Source: Acidobacteriota bacterium (GTDB taxonomy: Bacteria > Acidobacteriota > Holophagae > Acanthopleuribacterales > Acanthopleuribacteraceae). From it: a stretch of DNA of 64,000 nt. Positions within the stretch are counted from its first letter, which is position 1; every line of letters begins with the position of its first letter. Below are positions 55,843 to 64,000 of the stretch, one piece after another. A program made the translations under genes and the position numbers. Where the stretch lies: positions 61,173 through 125,172 of the forward strand of contig JAGQSC010000013.1 in the NCBI GenBank assembly GCA_020439745.1. Direction: 5' to 3'. Below the pieces are notes generated by a model. The model was not told the DNA's origin and searched no databases. It saw only the letters and a program-made list of their open reading frames with translations.

Positions 55843-58197
55843 CTATTGGTCTTCTTTAGCCAAGGCCGCAGCTTTCTTGATCATGGCCAGGACCTGATCA
55901 CGATCGCCGTTGCGGTCGGCACCCAGCCCCTCGCGGGCTAGTTCGGCAATCAGTGACCAGGTCATGTCGCGATCGTCCAACTCGCCTCTCAGTTTCATGG
56001 CGAAACAAGCGACCGCTACCGCAAACTTGGTTTCCTGGTCAGCGTACTCGATGAGGCCATGGGTTTCCTTGCCCACAAACTCACGCATTTGGCTGGAATC
56101 GCTATCGGGAGCTTTGAATCGGATTTTCATGGTGAACAACTCGTCGTTAAAGGCAGCCTCGCTCAAAGCCTGATCGGTCTGATACTTGAGTGGATCGGTT
56201 TCGGCTACCGGGATCACTTCACCGACGGGCACGATTTCGTAGAGGGCGGTGACGCAATGGCCAGCGCCGACTTCACCTGCATCCTTGGTGTCGTCATTGA
56301 AGTCCTGATCTTCCAGCATGCGGTTCTCGTAACCGATCAAGCGATAGGCCGAAACTTCCTTGGGGTTGAATTCCACCTGGATCTTGACGTCCTTGGCAAT
56401 GGTCACCAGCGAACTCATCAGTCGATGGACCAAAACGCGATCGGCCTCGGACTCGCTATCGATGTAGGCATAAAACCCATTACCTTTATCGGCCAGCATT
56501 TCCAAGGTTTCATCGTTGTAATCACCCATACCAAACCCCAAAACCGTAAGGAAGACACCGGTTTTGGCCTTGGCTTCGATCAGTTTGAGTAATTCACTTT
56601 CACTGGTCATGCCCACGTTGAAGTCGCCGTCTGTGGCCAAGACCACGCGATTGATACCACCCTCGATAAAGGCCGATTGGGCCAAGGCATAGGCCGCTTC
56701 GATTCCTTCGCCACCATTGGTGGATCCGCCTGCTTGCAAGCGATCGAGGCAAGCCAGGATATCGGTCTTGGCAGATCCGCGCGTGGGTTGGAGTACCACA
56801 CCCGAACTACCGGCGTAGACGACCACAGCCACACTGTCTTCAGGCCTCAGTTGTTGGGTCAATTGACGAAGTGCGTAGCGAACCAAGGGTAGTTTTTCCT
56901 CGTCGTACATGGAGCCCGACACATCGATCAGGAACACCAGGTTGGTGGCGGGCCTTTGCTCGGGATCCAACTCGAACCCCTTCAGCCCAATGCGTGCCAG
57001 CCGGTGACTGGGATGCCAGGGTACAGAGGTCACATCAATGGAGACGCCGAAGGTTTCCGATCGCGCGGGTAAGGGATAGAGATAATCGAAATAATTGACC
57101 ATCTCTTCAACGCGCACGGCACCTTCGGGCGGTAATTCGTCGTCGTCTAGAAAGCGACGTACGTTACTGAATGAGGCGGTGTCTACATCAATGGAAAAGG
57201 TAGACAGCGGATTGCGGGCGGTTTCATAAAACGGACTGGCTTCACGATGGGCATAGGTTTCTGTGTCGCCCTCTTGTTCAACGGTCACAGCAACCACAGG
57301 CTCAAGTTCGTCTGAACCAGTTATTCGTTCGCCTTCGAGCAAGTAACCGTTTTCAGGGCCAATTGCACCGTAAACACTTACTTTGGTCCCATCATTTCCA
57401 GGCGCCAATGAAATCTGGTCACGTCCTTTGGGGATGTCTCCAGTAGATAAGTTACCGGGAACCGCATTTCGAGGTAAGTAGCCATAATCAAGCGATGTGT
57501 TATCCAGAATCGACTCGACAGTTTGAGTCACTTGATCATCAGTCTTGGGCAGCAACGTATGCGTTGAATATTTAAGATCGTCTAACTGAGTGACACGATT
57601 AAACGCAGGTTCATCTGTTTCAATTAACGAACCGGCGATGCAGAAGCTGGTATCCCAATTGACAATGATTTCGCCTGTCACCGTCATCTCTTCGTTGATC
57701 TCGATGATTTTTTCCTTTTCCTGGGCCAAAGCCTTTCCCATATCTAGGATGGGTGGCGCCAGGGTTTCGCTCTGTCGACGGATGTCGGCTTCATGAGCCA
57801 ATCGGATTTCTTCGGGCACTTCGTCAAAGGGAATGATGTCAATTTCTGCATGTTCTAGTGCGTCTTGCACACTGAGCGCTTGTTTTTGACCGGACTCATC
57901 CAGTGTATAGGCGAAGGCATCCGTCTTCTCGGGTCGCTGTTCTGGGCCAGATGGCCAGAAGATGATGCCTGCAGCCGCTGCCGCTAGTGGAAGCAACAAC
58001 CACCAGGCTTTGCGGGAACGGGCTTTGGGTGTCGCGTCTCCCTCAAAACTGGACGTGAGTAGTTGCGCCATGGCTTGGATCTCAGTGACTTCAGCCCATC
58101 CTTCGGGATGGTCGTTCAGCCAGGCCTCGACTTGGGCCCGATCTGGTTCGTTTAATTCGTCTAATGCGTAGGCAGTGAGTTTGGGATCTCCAATCAT
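55843..58197 (-). CDS. Anti-sigma factor fused to YfbK-like von Willebrand A domain protein
   Basis: N-terminal anti-sigma-like helix bundle (LTAYALDELNEPDRAQVEAWL), one TM (AWWLLLPLAAAAAGIIFW), NPLSTFSIDVDTASFSNVRRFL, a VWA MIDAS motif (FLIDVSGSM) and a DUF3520-like C-terminus. ATGA overlap with the ECF sigma gene. Confidence 0.8.
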   Translation of the reverse strand: MIGDPKLTAYALDELNEPDRAQVEAWLNDHPEGWAEVTEIQAMAQLLTSSFEGDATPKARSRKAWWLLLPLAAAAAGIIFWPSGPEQRPEKTDAFAYTLDESGQKQALSVQDALEHAEIDIIPFDEVPEEIRLAHEADIRRQSETLAPPILDMGKALAQEKEKIIEINEEMTVTGEIIVNWDTSFCIAGSLIETDEPAFNRVTQLDDLKYSTHTLLPKTDDQVTQTVESILDNTSLDYGYLPRNAVPGNLSTGDIPKGRDQISLAPGNDGTKVSVYGAIGPENGYLLEGERITGSDELEPVVAVTVEQEGDTETYAHREASPFYETARNPLSTFSIDVDTASFSNVRRFLDDDELPPEGAVRVEEMVNYFDYLYPLPARSETFGVSIDVTSVPWHPSHRLARIGLKGFELDPEQRPATNLVFLIDVSGSMYDEEKLPLVRYALRQLTQQLRPEDSVAVVVYAGSSGVVLQPTRGSAKTDILACLDRLQAGGSTNGGEGIEAAYALAQSAFIEGGINRVVLATDGDFNVGMTSESELLKLIEAKAKTGVFLTVLGFGMGDYNDETLEMLADKGNGFYAYIDSESEADRVLVHRLMSSLVTIAKDVKIQVEFNPKEVSAYRLIGYENRMLEDQDFNDDTKDAGEVGAGHCVTALYEIVPVGEVIPVAETDPLKYQTDQALSEAAFNDELFTMKIRFKAPDSDSSQMREFVGKETHGLIEYADQETKFAVAVACFAMKLRGELDDRDMTWSLIAELAREGLGADRNGDRDQVLAMIKKAAALAKEDQ

Positions 58198-58688
58198 GAC
58201 AACGACTCCTTTCCGAGGCGGACACGCAAGGCCGAAATAGCGGTGTGCAGTAAAAAGCCCACATTTGAGGGCGAAAGGCCCATGACCTCTGCAATTTCCT
58301 TGTAACTCATGCCGGCCTGGAACTTCAGCCTCACCACTTCCTGTTGATTGGCGGGAAGCTGGGCCACACAGCTAAGTACATGCTGGCTTAGGTCCTTGCG
58401 TTCGATGACGTGATGGGGTGTTTGTTCCGCAATGGGTTCGCTGGCCAAATGCATCATGCGCCGCTCCTTTCGTTGATGGTCGATCACGAGGTTGCGGCAC
58501 ACGCGGTACAGCCAGGGCGTCACACGCCCATTTAGCTGAACGGGATCCTGTTTCATCAGACGCAAGAACGTCTCCTGAACGAAATCCCGGGCTTGGTCCC
58601 TGTCCCCAATCAGGCTCTGCGCATAAGACAACAGCTTGGCTTCGTGAGTCGCCAGAATGTCGGCAGACCATCCGGTGTCAGGGATCAT
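58194..58688 (-). CDS. ECF (sigma-70 group 4) RNA polymerase sigma factor
   Basis: Region 2 (PWLYRVCRNLVIDHQRKERR) and region 4 HTH (MSYKEIAEVMGLSPSNVGFLLHTAISALR). Confidence 0.9.
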   Translation of the reverse strand: MIPDTGWSADILATHEAKLLSYAQSLIGDRDQARDFVQETFLRLMKQDPVQLNGRVTPWLYRVCRNLVIDHQRKERRMMHLASEPIAEQTPHHVIERKDLSQHVLSCVAQLPANQQEVVRLKFQAGMSYKEIAEVMGLSPSNVGFLLHTAISALRVRLGKESLS

Positions 58689-58829
58689 GCGTCACCTTCC
58701 TCACCCTACCTAACGATGGAGTTGACGATTTATTAGAAAAGATTGTGCCAAGAAACGTTTTTGTCATTCATTTGCCCTTAGGGGCATTTAGATTTAGATT
58801 GGAATTAACCATCAGATTAGGGGGACGGT

Positions 58830-59036
58830 ATGTTTGAACGCATTGGCTATGTGCTGTTGTCCATCGTGGCTTTGGCCTGGTTGGCCGCCATGGTGACGGG
58901 AATGGTTGTGGCCTTTCCCGTTGGTATCATTGGACTTCTAGGGATCCTGGGTATTGGGTTCCTGTTGATAAAAGTGGTCAAAGATCGAATCAATAACCCG
59001 GAGGACGATTACTATGACAAACATGTCGACCAATAG
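58830..59036 (+). CDS. Small membrane protein (68 aa, two TM helices)
   Basis: GGGGGA upstream. Hydrophobic core with an acidic C-terminal tail NNPEDDYYDKHVDQ. No family recognised. Confidence 0.45.
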   Translation: MFERIGYVLLSIVALAWLAAMVTGMVVAFPVGIIGLLGILGIGFLLIKVVKDRINNPEDDYYDKHVDQ

Positions 59037-59040
59037 AACC

Positions 59041-59364
59041 ATGCTCATCACCACCCAGGACCAATTCGAGGACTTCGAAATCGAGAAAACCCTGGGCTTG
59101 GTGCGCGGAAACACTATTCGAGCACGTCATATTGGCAAAGATATCCTTGCCGGGCTACGCACCTTGGTAGGTGGCGAGATCGTGGAGTACACCAAGATGT
59201 TGGCGGAATCGCGGGAACAGGCCATCGATCGCATGATCAGCGAAGCCAAACGGCGCGGTGCTGATGGCATTGTCTGCGTACGGTTCACCACATCAGCCGT
59301 CATGCAGGGTGCCGCAGAGCTCCTGGCCTACGGCACCGCCGTCAGATTGCGGCAGAAGACTTAA
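59041..59364 (+). CDS. YbjQ (UPF0145) family protein
   Basis: MLITTQDQFEDFEIEKTLGLVRGNTIRARHIGKDILAGLRTLVGGE..YTKML..REQAI..M...A...GADGIV..RF matches the YbjQ pattern. Confidence 0.8.
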   Translation: MLITTQDQFEDFEIEKTLGLVRGNTIRARHIGKDILAGLRTLVGGEIVEYTKMLAESREQAIDRMISEAKRRGADGIVCVRFTTSAVMQGAAELLAYGTAVRLRQKT

Positions 59365-62303
59365 CGCGCCTCCGCAGTGACCAACTTCAACTTCCAGTTC
59401 TGCATGGGCGTGCCCGCCAAGTCTAAATGGCTGGCCATGTAGTACAGGCGTCTCGTGGCCTCGCCATCTGGTACGGTGGAAAACCGCTGATGGAGCCACG
59501 AAGGTGGAATGGCCTGCGAATAGACGGTTGCCTGCACCCGAACCTTCTTGGGGTTCACCTTTTTACCGAAACGCACTTCATAAACCAAGCTGTCCTGGCC
59601 AATGAAATCCGGGCCTTGGTCCATGTAGTCCGGATCATCGCCGGTCCCTTTGGGATCGGTGGCTTCCATGAACTGAAAAATTACCTCCCTATCTTTTTTG
59701 AAAAAGGGAGATGCGCGCCACCCGTGCGGCAACAGTCGATTGTCTTTGATGTCGAACACGCGATGCACAAAGCTGGTAGTGAACTCGTGTTGTGCGTTTT
59801 GATTCAGTTCCTCATAGATCTGAACCTGGTCCTGTCGTTTGATCACCTGGTGGTGGCGTTGATAACTGTCGGCGTTGGGCAAAAACTCGGTAGGCAATGG
59901 CTGGCCATGCTCATCGACGATGACCCCAACACTGTTGGTACGACCCGAACCCCAAACCACCTCGTCACCCTCAAACACGAGGAACTCCACAAAGGCACGG
60001 CGAAAAGCGACCCCGCTGGGAAACCGGTGGCCGGTCTTATTGGTCAAGGTGACTTTGGCCTGTAGACCCTCCTTGTTCACTTCTTTAAGTTCGACCGAAA
60101 GATCGAGCGTCTCTTGCTGGGCCTGGAGGATCATGTTTTCTATGGCAAGGTCCACCCCGTTGTCTGCCGACGTCATATAGTCATTCTTGTCGACGCCCAG
60201 GATTTGTGGGAACTGATCAAACATTTCCAGGAGAAACACATTCAAACCCACGTGTTCGTGACGTTTATACGTGTCACGAAGCGGGATATCGATATCTTCA
60301 AGCGGTAATCGATTGTCGGCTTCGGGAAAGTTGGCATCCTGGATGGCCGCGATCTGCGTTGTGACCTGAGGGATATTAATGGAGCCATCCACGGTTTCAA
60401 AGTTCCTTGGCATATGGCAGTCCTGGCAACTAGCGAACTTGGAGTTCGGTTGTCCTGGGTTTTGCGCAAAGCTACTGTTCTGCCATTCGAGAAAGGTGGC
60501 TTGTTCGATGGAATGCTGGTAGTCCTTGAAAGCTGGGTTTTGTTCGGCTGCGTTGAGGACTGGAAACGCGTCATCCGTGGCGCCAATATTGGGCAGATTG
60601 ATGGTGTGGCAGGTCCCACACAGTTGAGAATCGGTCACGAATTCATGGAACACCGGCTTCACACCCAGGGTTCGATCCATGGGTACTTGGGCCACATCGT
60701 CGTAAGGACCGAAAAACTCGTTGGCAGGTCCGCGTTCGAATCGACCCGTGGAATTATGGAATAAGAAATAAGCGAGTTCTTTGTCGGCGAGCACGTAACC
60801 TTCTGGTGGCTGCCAATCTTTCACCTGCGATTCGCTGGGCGGACTAATGTGGTGACAGATGGCGCAGCTGATACCCTCCCGACCCAGTTGCCCGTATTTC
60901 AGATAGGGAGAAGGCGGCGGTTGTTGGTCATTGAGCTGCTCTTCCAAGAACATGTAGTCAACCTGGAAGTTGGGATCGAGTTGCGGATTTGAGGCTGCAT
61001 CAATCGCAAGCTGGCGTTGTCCCATGGCGCCATGACAACTCAGACAGGTGTTGGTGAGTGCGATCTCATTGTCGGCCAAGGTGCCGTGCAATGGCGTTGG
61101 GTTCATGGCAGCATCGCGTTTTAGCAGCTCAATCTCCGATTCGAACTGGGAAAAGAAAATGGGATCCCGTCCTGCCAACCCCATGGGTGACCAACGCCAT
61201 TCTCCGTATTCGGAGAGGTTGTAGCCATCGCCGTATTCAGGTCCAGTCTTAACGAACATGGTGACTCCGTAGGGTTCGCCACCCAACCCACCATGGCAGC
61301 CAAAGCAGTTGTCTGAAGTGATGAATTCATCCGCTTGATGAGGATTGGGCAACACCTGATCCTGCCATTGAGAAGGAAACACCTGAACATCTTTTTCAGG
61401 TACCGCTTTGATGGATGTAAAGGTCTTCAGGAACTCGGGGTTTGGTTTTGGTAAGGCCTCATCGTTAGCCATCTGCGTTTCTCGAGTCAGCCCTAGGTGG
61501 AAAGCATCAACTTCGGTCGACTTGGGTGCCGCTTGCTCGCTGAACGGCCGCAACTGAAGAGGCAGCATGAAATGTGACTGCACCCAAGGGTCATCGGCAA
61601 TTGTGGAAAGTGGGTATGGCTTGAAATGGTTCGCGTTACGCCATGAGTTGTCCACCTTGAACCTTAGCGGTTCGCCCTCGAAGCCAACCGCATTACGCAG
61701 ATCGGCAAAGGTGAACTCGCTTTCGGCCGATGCATGGCATCTGAGGCAGGGCGCGCCAAATTCTGAGTTGGGTGGCCCGTTCAGTTGGTCCAACTGTCGC
61801 TTGACCGCGGCGGGAATCGATTCCCCTTCTCCTGGCGCCATGGGGTTGGCCCAGAACCAACCATCTTTAGAGGCTTGGCTGTCTCTCACCATCACGGTCC
61901 ATGCAAACACGAGCTTGGCGAGGAGTTGGTCATAAGCGTTGGGGTCCTGGTATTTCGGATTTCGCGCAAGGTCCTGATAAAGAACGGCAGGTTGCAAGAA
62001 CATTTCCTTGATGATCATGGCACCGTCTGGAAGAACCCCTTCCCGTCCAGATTCGAGCCACGCCATGACTTCAGGCGAATAGTAGATGCGCACGGCCGGG
62101 TGAGTTCCAAAATACTGACTCTCAATGTATGGGCCGGTATCGCGGACCCCCTTGTCGTGGGACCAGCCCTCTTGGGCGTATTGACGTTCCATTAACCAGG
62201 TGTAGAGCACCTGCTCATAATTCTGAATCGGTAAGGCACTAGGTAGAGGCAAAGGTGCATCACCCACCAAAAAACAGACACACAACACCGTTCCCAAGAA
62301 CAT
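59361..62303 (-). CDS. Secreted six-haem c-type cytochrome with cytochrome-P460-like N-terminal module (980 aa)
   Basis: Six CXXCH motifs in order: CLRCH, CFGCH, CLSCH, CAICH, CGTCH, CQDCH. The N-terminal ~200 aa parallels cytochrome P460 (LPDGAMIIKEMF, SKDGWFWANP, PCLRCHASAESEFTF). Short signal-like N-terminus. Confidence 0.8.
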   Translation of the reverse strand: MFLGTVLCVCFLVGDAPLPLPSALPIQNYEQVLYTWLMERQYAQEGWSHDKGVRDTGPYIESQYFGTHPAVRIYYSPEVMAWLESGREGVLPDGAMIIKEMFLQPAVLYQDLARNPKYQDPNAYDQLLAKLVFAWTVMVRDSQASKDGWFWANPMAPGEGESIPAAVKRQLDQLNGPPNSEFGAPCLRCHASAESEFTFADLRNAVGFEGEPLRFKVDNSWRNANHFKPYPLSTIADDPWVQSHFMLPLQLRPFSEQAAPKSTEVDAFHLGLTRETQMANDEALPKPNPEFLKTFTSIKAVPEKDVQVFPSQWQDQVLPNPHQADEFITSDNCFGCHGGLGGEPYGVTMFVKTGPEYGDGYNLSEYGEWRWSPMGLAGRDPIFFSQFESEIELLKRDAAMNPTPLHGTLADNEIALTNTCLSCHGAMGQRQLAIDAASNPQLDPNFQVDYMFLEEQLNDQQPPPSPYLKYGQLGREGISCAICHHISPPSESQVKDWQPPEGYVLADKELAYFLFHNSTGRFERGPANEFFGPYDDVAQVPMDRTLGVKPVFHEFVTDSQLCGTCHTINLPNIGATDDAFPVLNAAEQNPAFKDYQHSIEQATFLEWQNSSFAQNPGQPNSKFASCQDCHMPRNFETVDGSINIPQVTTQIAAIQDANFPEADNRLPLEDIDIPLRDTYKRHEHVGLNVFLLEMFDQFPQILGVDKNDYMTSADNGVDLAIENMILQAQQETLDLSVELKEVNKEGLQAKVTLTNKTGHRFPSGVAFRRAFVEFLVFEGDEVVWGSGRTNSVGVIVDEHGQPLPTEFLPNADSYQRHHQVIKRQDQVQIYEELNQNAQHEFTTSFVHRVFDIKDNRLLPHGWRASPFFKKDREVIFQFMEATDPKGTGDDPDYMDQGPDFIGQDSLVYEVRFGKKVNPKKVRVQATVYSQAIPPSWLHQRFSTVPDGEATRRLYYMASHLDLAGTPMQNWKLKLVTAEAR

Positions 62304-62457
62304 GGCACCACCTCTTCGCTCAATTTTTCAGTGAATCTATGTTCTTGTAACACTTACTCAAAAATACTTCAAGTTTTATAAATCTAGCTGATTTATTTTA
62401 TTTCAAGACTAATCATTTTCGCGTATTTTCGTACAAATTTCGCAGGGCAAAATGACT

Positions 62458-63234
62458 TTAGTCCTGTTGGAGTAACCAAGTCATCCCGTGCCGAAAGGAT
62501 TCGGGTACTGCCGAAAAGTGAGTGTCCCCATCCAAAGTCTCGGTTTTCAGGCGAAAAGGAAGTTGTCTTTGATTGGAAATATGAGCCATCCAGGCAACGG
62601 CTGGTTCGCGAAAACGAGGTTGGTCGTTGGCTGCGGACGAAACATACAGGTACCCGCGCATGGGATCACCTTCAGGCGTCTCTGTTGCCATGAAAAAGGG
62701 TAGGTTTCGGTGCAAGGCGGGGTTGCTGGCAATGTGACCCCAGAACAGGTCACTCCGAAACAGCGCGCAATACAAGACGAACTGACCCCCTAGTGAATTC
62801 CCGAAGATGATGCGCTTCTTTGAGTCGCTCGGGAAACGTCGTTCGATGAGCGGGATGAGTTCGCGCTCTAACATGTCCGCGAAATTGGATGCGCCGCCCC
62901 AGTTTTCACGCTCGGTCGACGGTGCGGTGTAATCCCGACTGCGCACGTTGCCATCTTCATATCGGTCCGAACCATAGGATAGTCCCACCAGGATGACCGG
63001 CGGGATCTCCTCCCCCAGTTGGAGATAGTGGCTGAAACTTGCCAATAAGGGATATGTGATGCCTCCATCTAATAAATAGACGGTGGGATATTTTCGGCCC
63101 TTCTCTAGCTGCGGTGGGAGTCGGACGTGAACGAAGTATTTGGTGTCGTTCCAACTATGCTGAAACGTATGCGTGTCGGCTAATCCCTGCATCCCATCTG
63201 GAGTCTGGAGCAACAACAAACAAATCCATACCAT
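62458..63234 (-). CDS. Alpha/beta hydrolase, putative esterase (IroE/Fes-like PF00756 type)
   Basis: YPTVYLLDGG.. N-terminal motif and nucleophile elbow GNSLGG. Start chosen at MVWICLLLLQ (signal-like). Confidence 0.7.
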   Translation of the reverse strand: MVWICLLLLQTPDGMQGLADTHTFQHSWNDTKYFVHVRLPPQLEKGRKYPTVYLLDGGITYPLLASFSHYLQLGEEIPPVILVGLSYGSDRYEDGNVRSRDYTAPSTERENWGGASNFADMLERELIPLIERRFPSDSKKRIIFGNSLGGQFVLYCALFRSDLFWGHIASNPALHRNLPFFMATETPEGDPMRGYLYVSSAANDQPRFREPAVAWMAHISNQRQLPFRLKTETLDGDTHFSAVPESFRHGMTWLLQQD

Positions 63235-63309
63235 AAACGCCTCCGTGCCTTTTCTTACGCATGGCTGGTAGACACGATTCAAACGGTCACATCCATGGCA
63301 CAATAAACC

Positions 63310-64000
63310 ATGTCATTTATCCATCAAGTGGATCACCGGCCATGGCCCAAACCTCGATCTCCATGGTTGTGGCGTCAGGACTGGCAGACCCTGTGTTTTG
63401 CACATTGGGTGGTGGATAAAGACATCTTAAGCAAACAGGTACCCAACCCTCTGGAGCTAGACCTGTTTCAAGGCCAAGCATATGTGAGCGTGGTCCCATT
63501 TATCATGACCGGCGTACGTCCACGTTGGCTTCCGTCTGTGCCGTGGCTGTCACGTTTCCCGGAACTCAACCTGCGCACGTACGTCAAATGCAAGGATCAG
63601 GCAGGCGTTTGGTTTTTGAGTTTGGAGGCGCCGCGCCGTGCAGCCGTGTGGGCAGCCCAACATTGGTTTCATTTGCCTTATTGGCATGCACACATCGATA
63701 CCATCGCCGTTGAAGACGTTGTTCACTACCAATCCACGCGAGTGGGTTCGCCTGAAATCGGATTCCAGGCCCAATACCAACCCACAGGACTTGTGGACTT
63801 TGCGCAACCTGGGACACTGGATCATTGGCTCACGGAACGCTATGCGTTGTTCGCCAACCATCCCACCCGCGGCATGATGATCAGTGAAGTACACCACGCA
63901 CCGTGGCCCTTACAGCCAGCCACCATTCAGATCCACCAGAACTCATTGGGAGAACCATTTGGACTGGATTTATCGTGCGACCCGCCACATATACATTACT
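63310..64000 (+). CDS. DUF2071 (YqjF-like) family protein, 3'-truncated by window end
   Basis: Not in the ORF track because there is no stop before the window edge. My own translation from the ATG at 63310 gives MSFIHQVDHRPWPKPRSPWLWRQDWQTLCFAHWVVDKDIL..LELDLFQGQAYVSVVPFIM.., the DUF2071 N-terminal pattern. The frame is open for 230 codons. Confidence 0.65.
   Translation, partial: MSFIHQVDHRPWPKPRSPWLWRQDWQTLCFAHWVVDKDILSKQVPNPLELDLFQGQAYVSVVPFIMTGVRPRWLPSVPWLSRFPELNLRTYVKCKDQAGVWFLSLEAPRRAAVWAAQHWFHLPYWHAHIDTIAVEDVVHYQSTRVGSPEIGFQAQYQPTGLVDFAQPGTLDHWLTERYALFANHPTRGMMISEVHHAPWPLQPATIQIHQNSLGEPFGLDLSCDPPHIHY

Noticed and set aside
55595-55897. 100-aa plus-strand ORF between the transposase-like gene and the anti-sigma gene.
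   Set aside because: It lies in an AT-rich intergenic region, overlaps the anti-sigma gene's 3' end antisense, and has no SD or motif.
58733-58750. Sigma54-like element TGGCAC-N5-TTTC on the minus strand upstream of the ECF sigma gene.
   Set aside because: The -24 GG is present, but the essential -12 GC dinucleotide is missing (TTTCT instead of TTGCW). No enhancer-binding protein is nearby.
58774-58800. GCCCTTAGGGGC palindrome and a TTTAGA TTTAGA tandem in the ECF / small-membrane-protein divergent region.
   Set aside because: These are too short and occur only once. They may be operator-like, but nothing supports a specific call.
1-64000. Search for a recognisable phage-defence, toxin-antitoxin, CRISPR-Cas, retron, secretion-system or biosynthetic gene cluster.
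   Set aside because: I saw no Cas, reverse transcriptase, restriction/methylase pair, STAND NTPase, TIR/SIR2, PKS/NRPS or regularly spaced repeat array in any frame. The window is dominated by housekeeping metabolism. The novel candidates are listed as findings instead.

Overview
This is a mostly core-metabolic chromosomal window from a diderm (Gram-negative type) bacterium. It holds about 55 protein genes. I saw no rRNA, tRNA or CRISPR array by eye, and no recognisable phage-defence, toxin or secretion-system hallmark.

Left third:
- A co-directional set of M14 peptidase, TPR+FG-GAP lipoprotein and C-N hydrolase.
- A translationally coupled minus-strand lipid cluster: AGMO-like fatty-acid hydroxylase, DAG-kinase-type lipid kinase, TonB-dependent receptor, YhhN lysoplasmalogenase-family protein and truC.
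- A Tat-signal flavin amine oxidase.
- Methylcrotonyl-CoA carboxylase genes whose alpha subunit is encoded as two overlapping ORFs.
- A Ser/Thr kinase with the kinase domain at the C-terminus.

Middle:
- An uncharacterised five-gene plus-strand cluster centred on a pseudo-receiver / PATAN (DUF4388) / DegV fusion.
- hppD-hmgA with an Lrp regulator, an MMPL exporter, a PDZ/radical-SAM DUF512 protein, a 35-aa lipoprotein missed by the ORF track, a GYF-domain membrane protein and a large S8 peptidase.

Right third:
- A 10-gene ilvD-ilvC-ilvG-ilvM-leuA-cimA-ilvE-leuC-leuD-leuB supraoperon, preceded by a Leu/Ile/Val-rich leader peptide and a terminator/antiterminator. Neither is in the ORF track.
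- A hairpin-dense non-coding tract next to an IS200/RAYT-like Y1 transposase gene. That gene has an in-frame TGA and is bracketed by about 49-bp inverted repeats.
- An ECF sigma / anti-sigma-VWA pair.
- A 980-aa six-haem c-type cytochrome with a cytochrome-P460-like N-terminus.
- An open-ended DUF2071 gene at the right edge.

The most novel-looking candidates are the pseudo-receiver-PATAN-DegV cluster, the P460-like hexahaem protein and the ether-lipid-type operon. All functional calls rest on motif recognition by eye. No database search was run.
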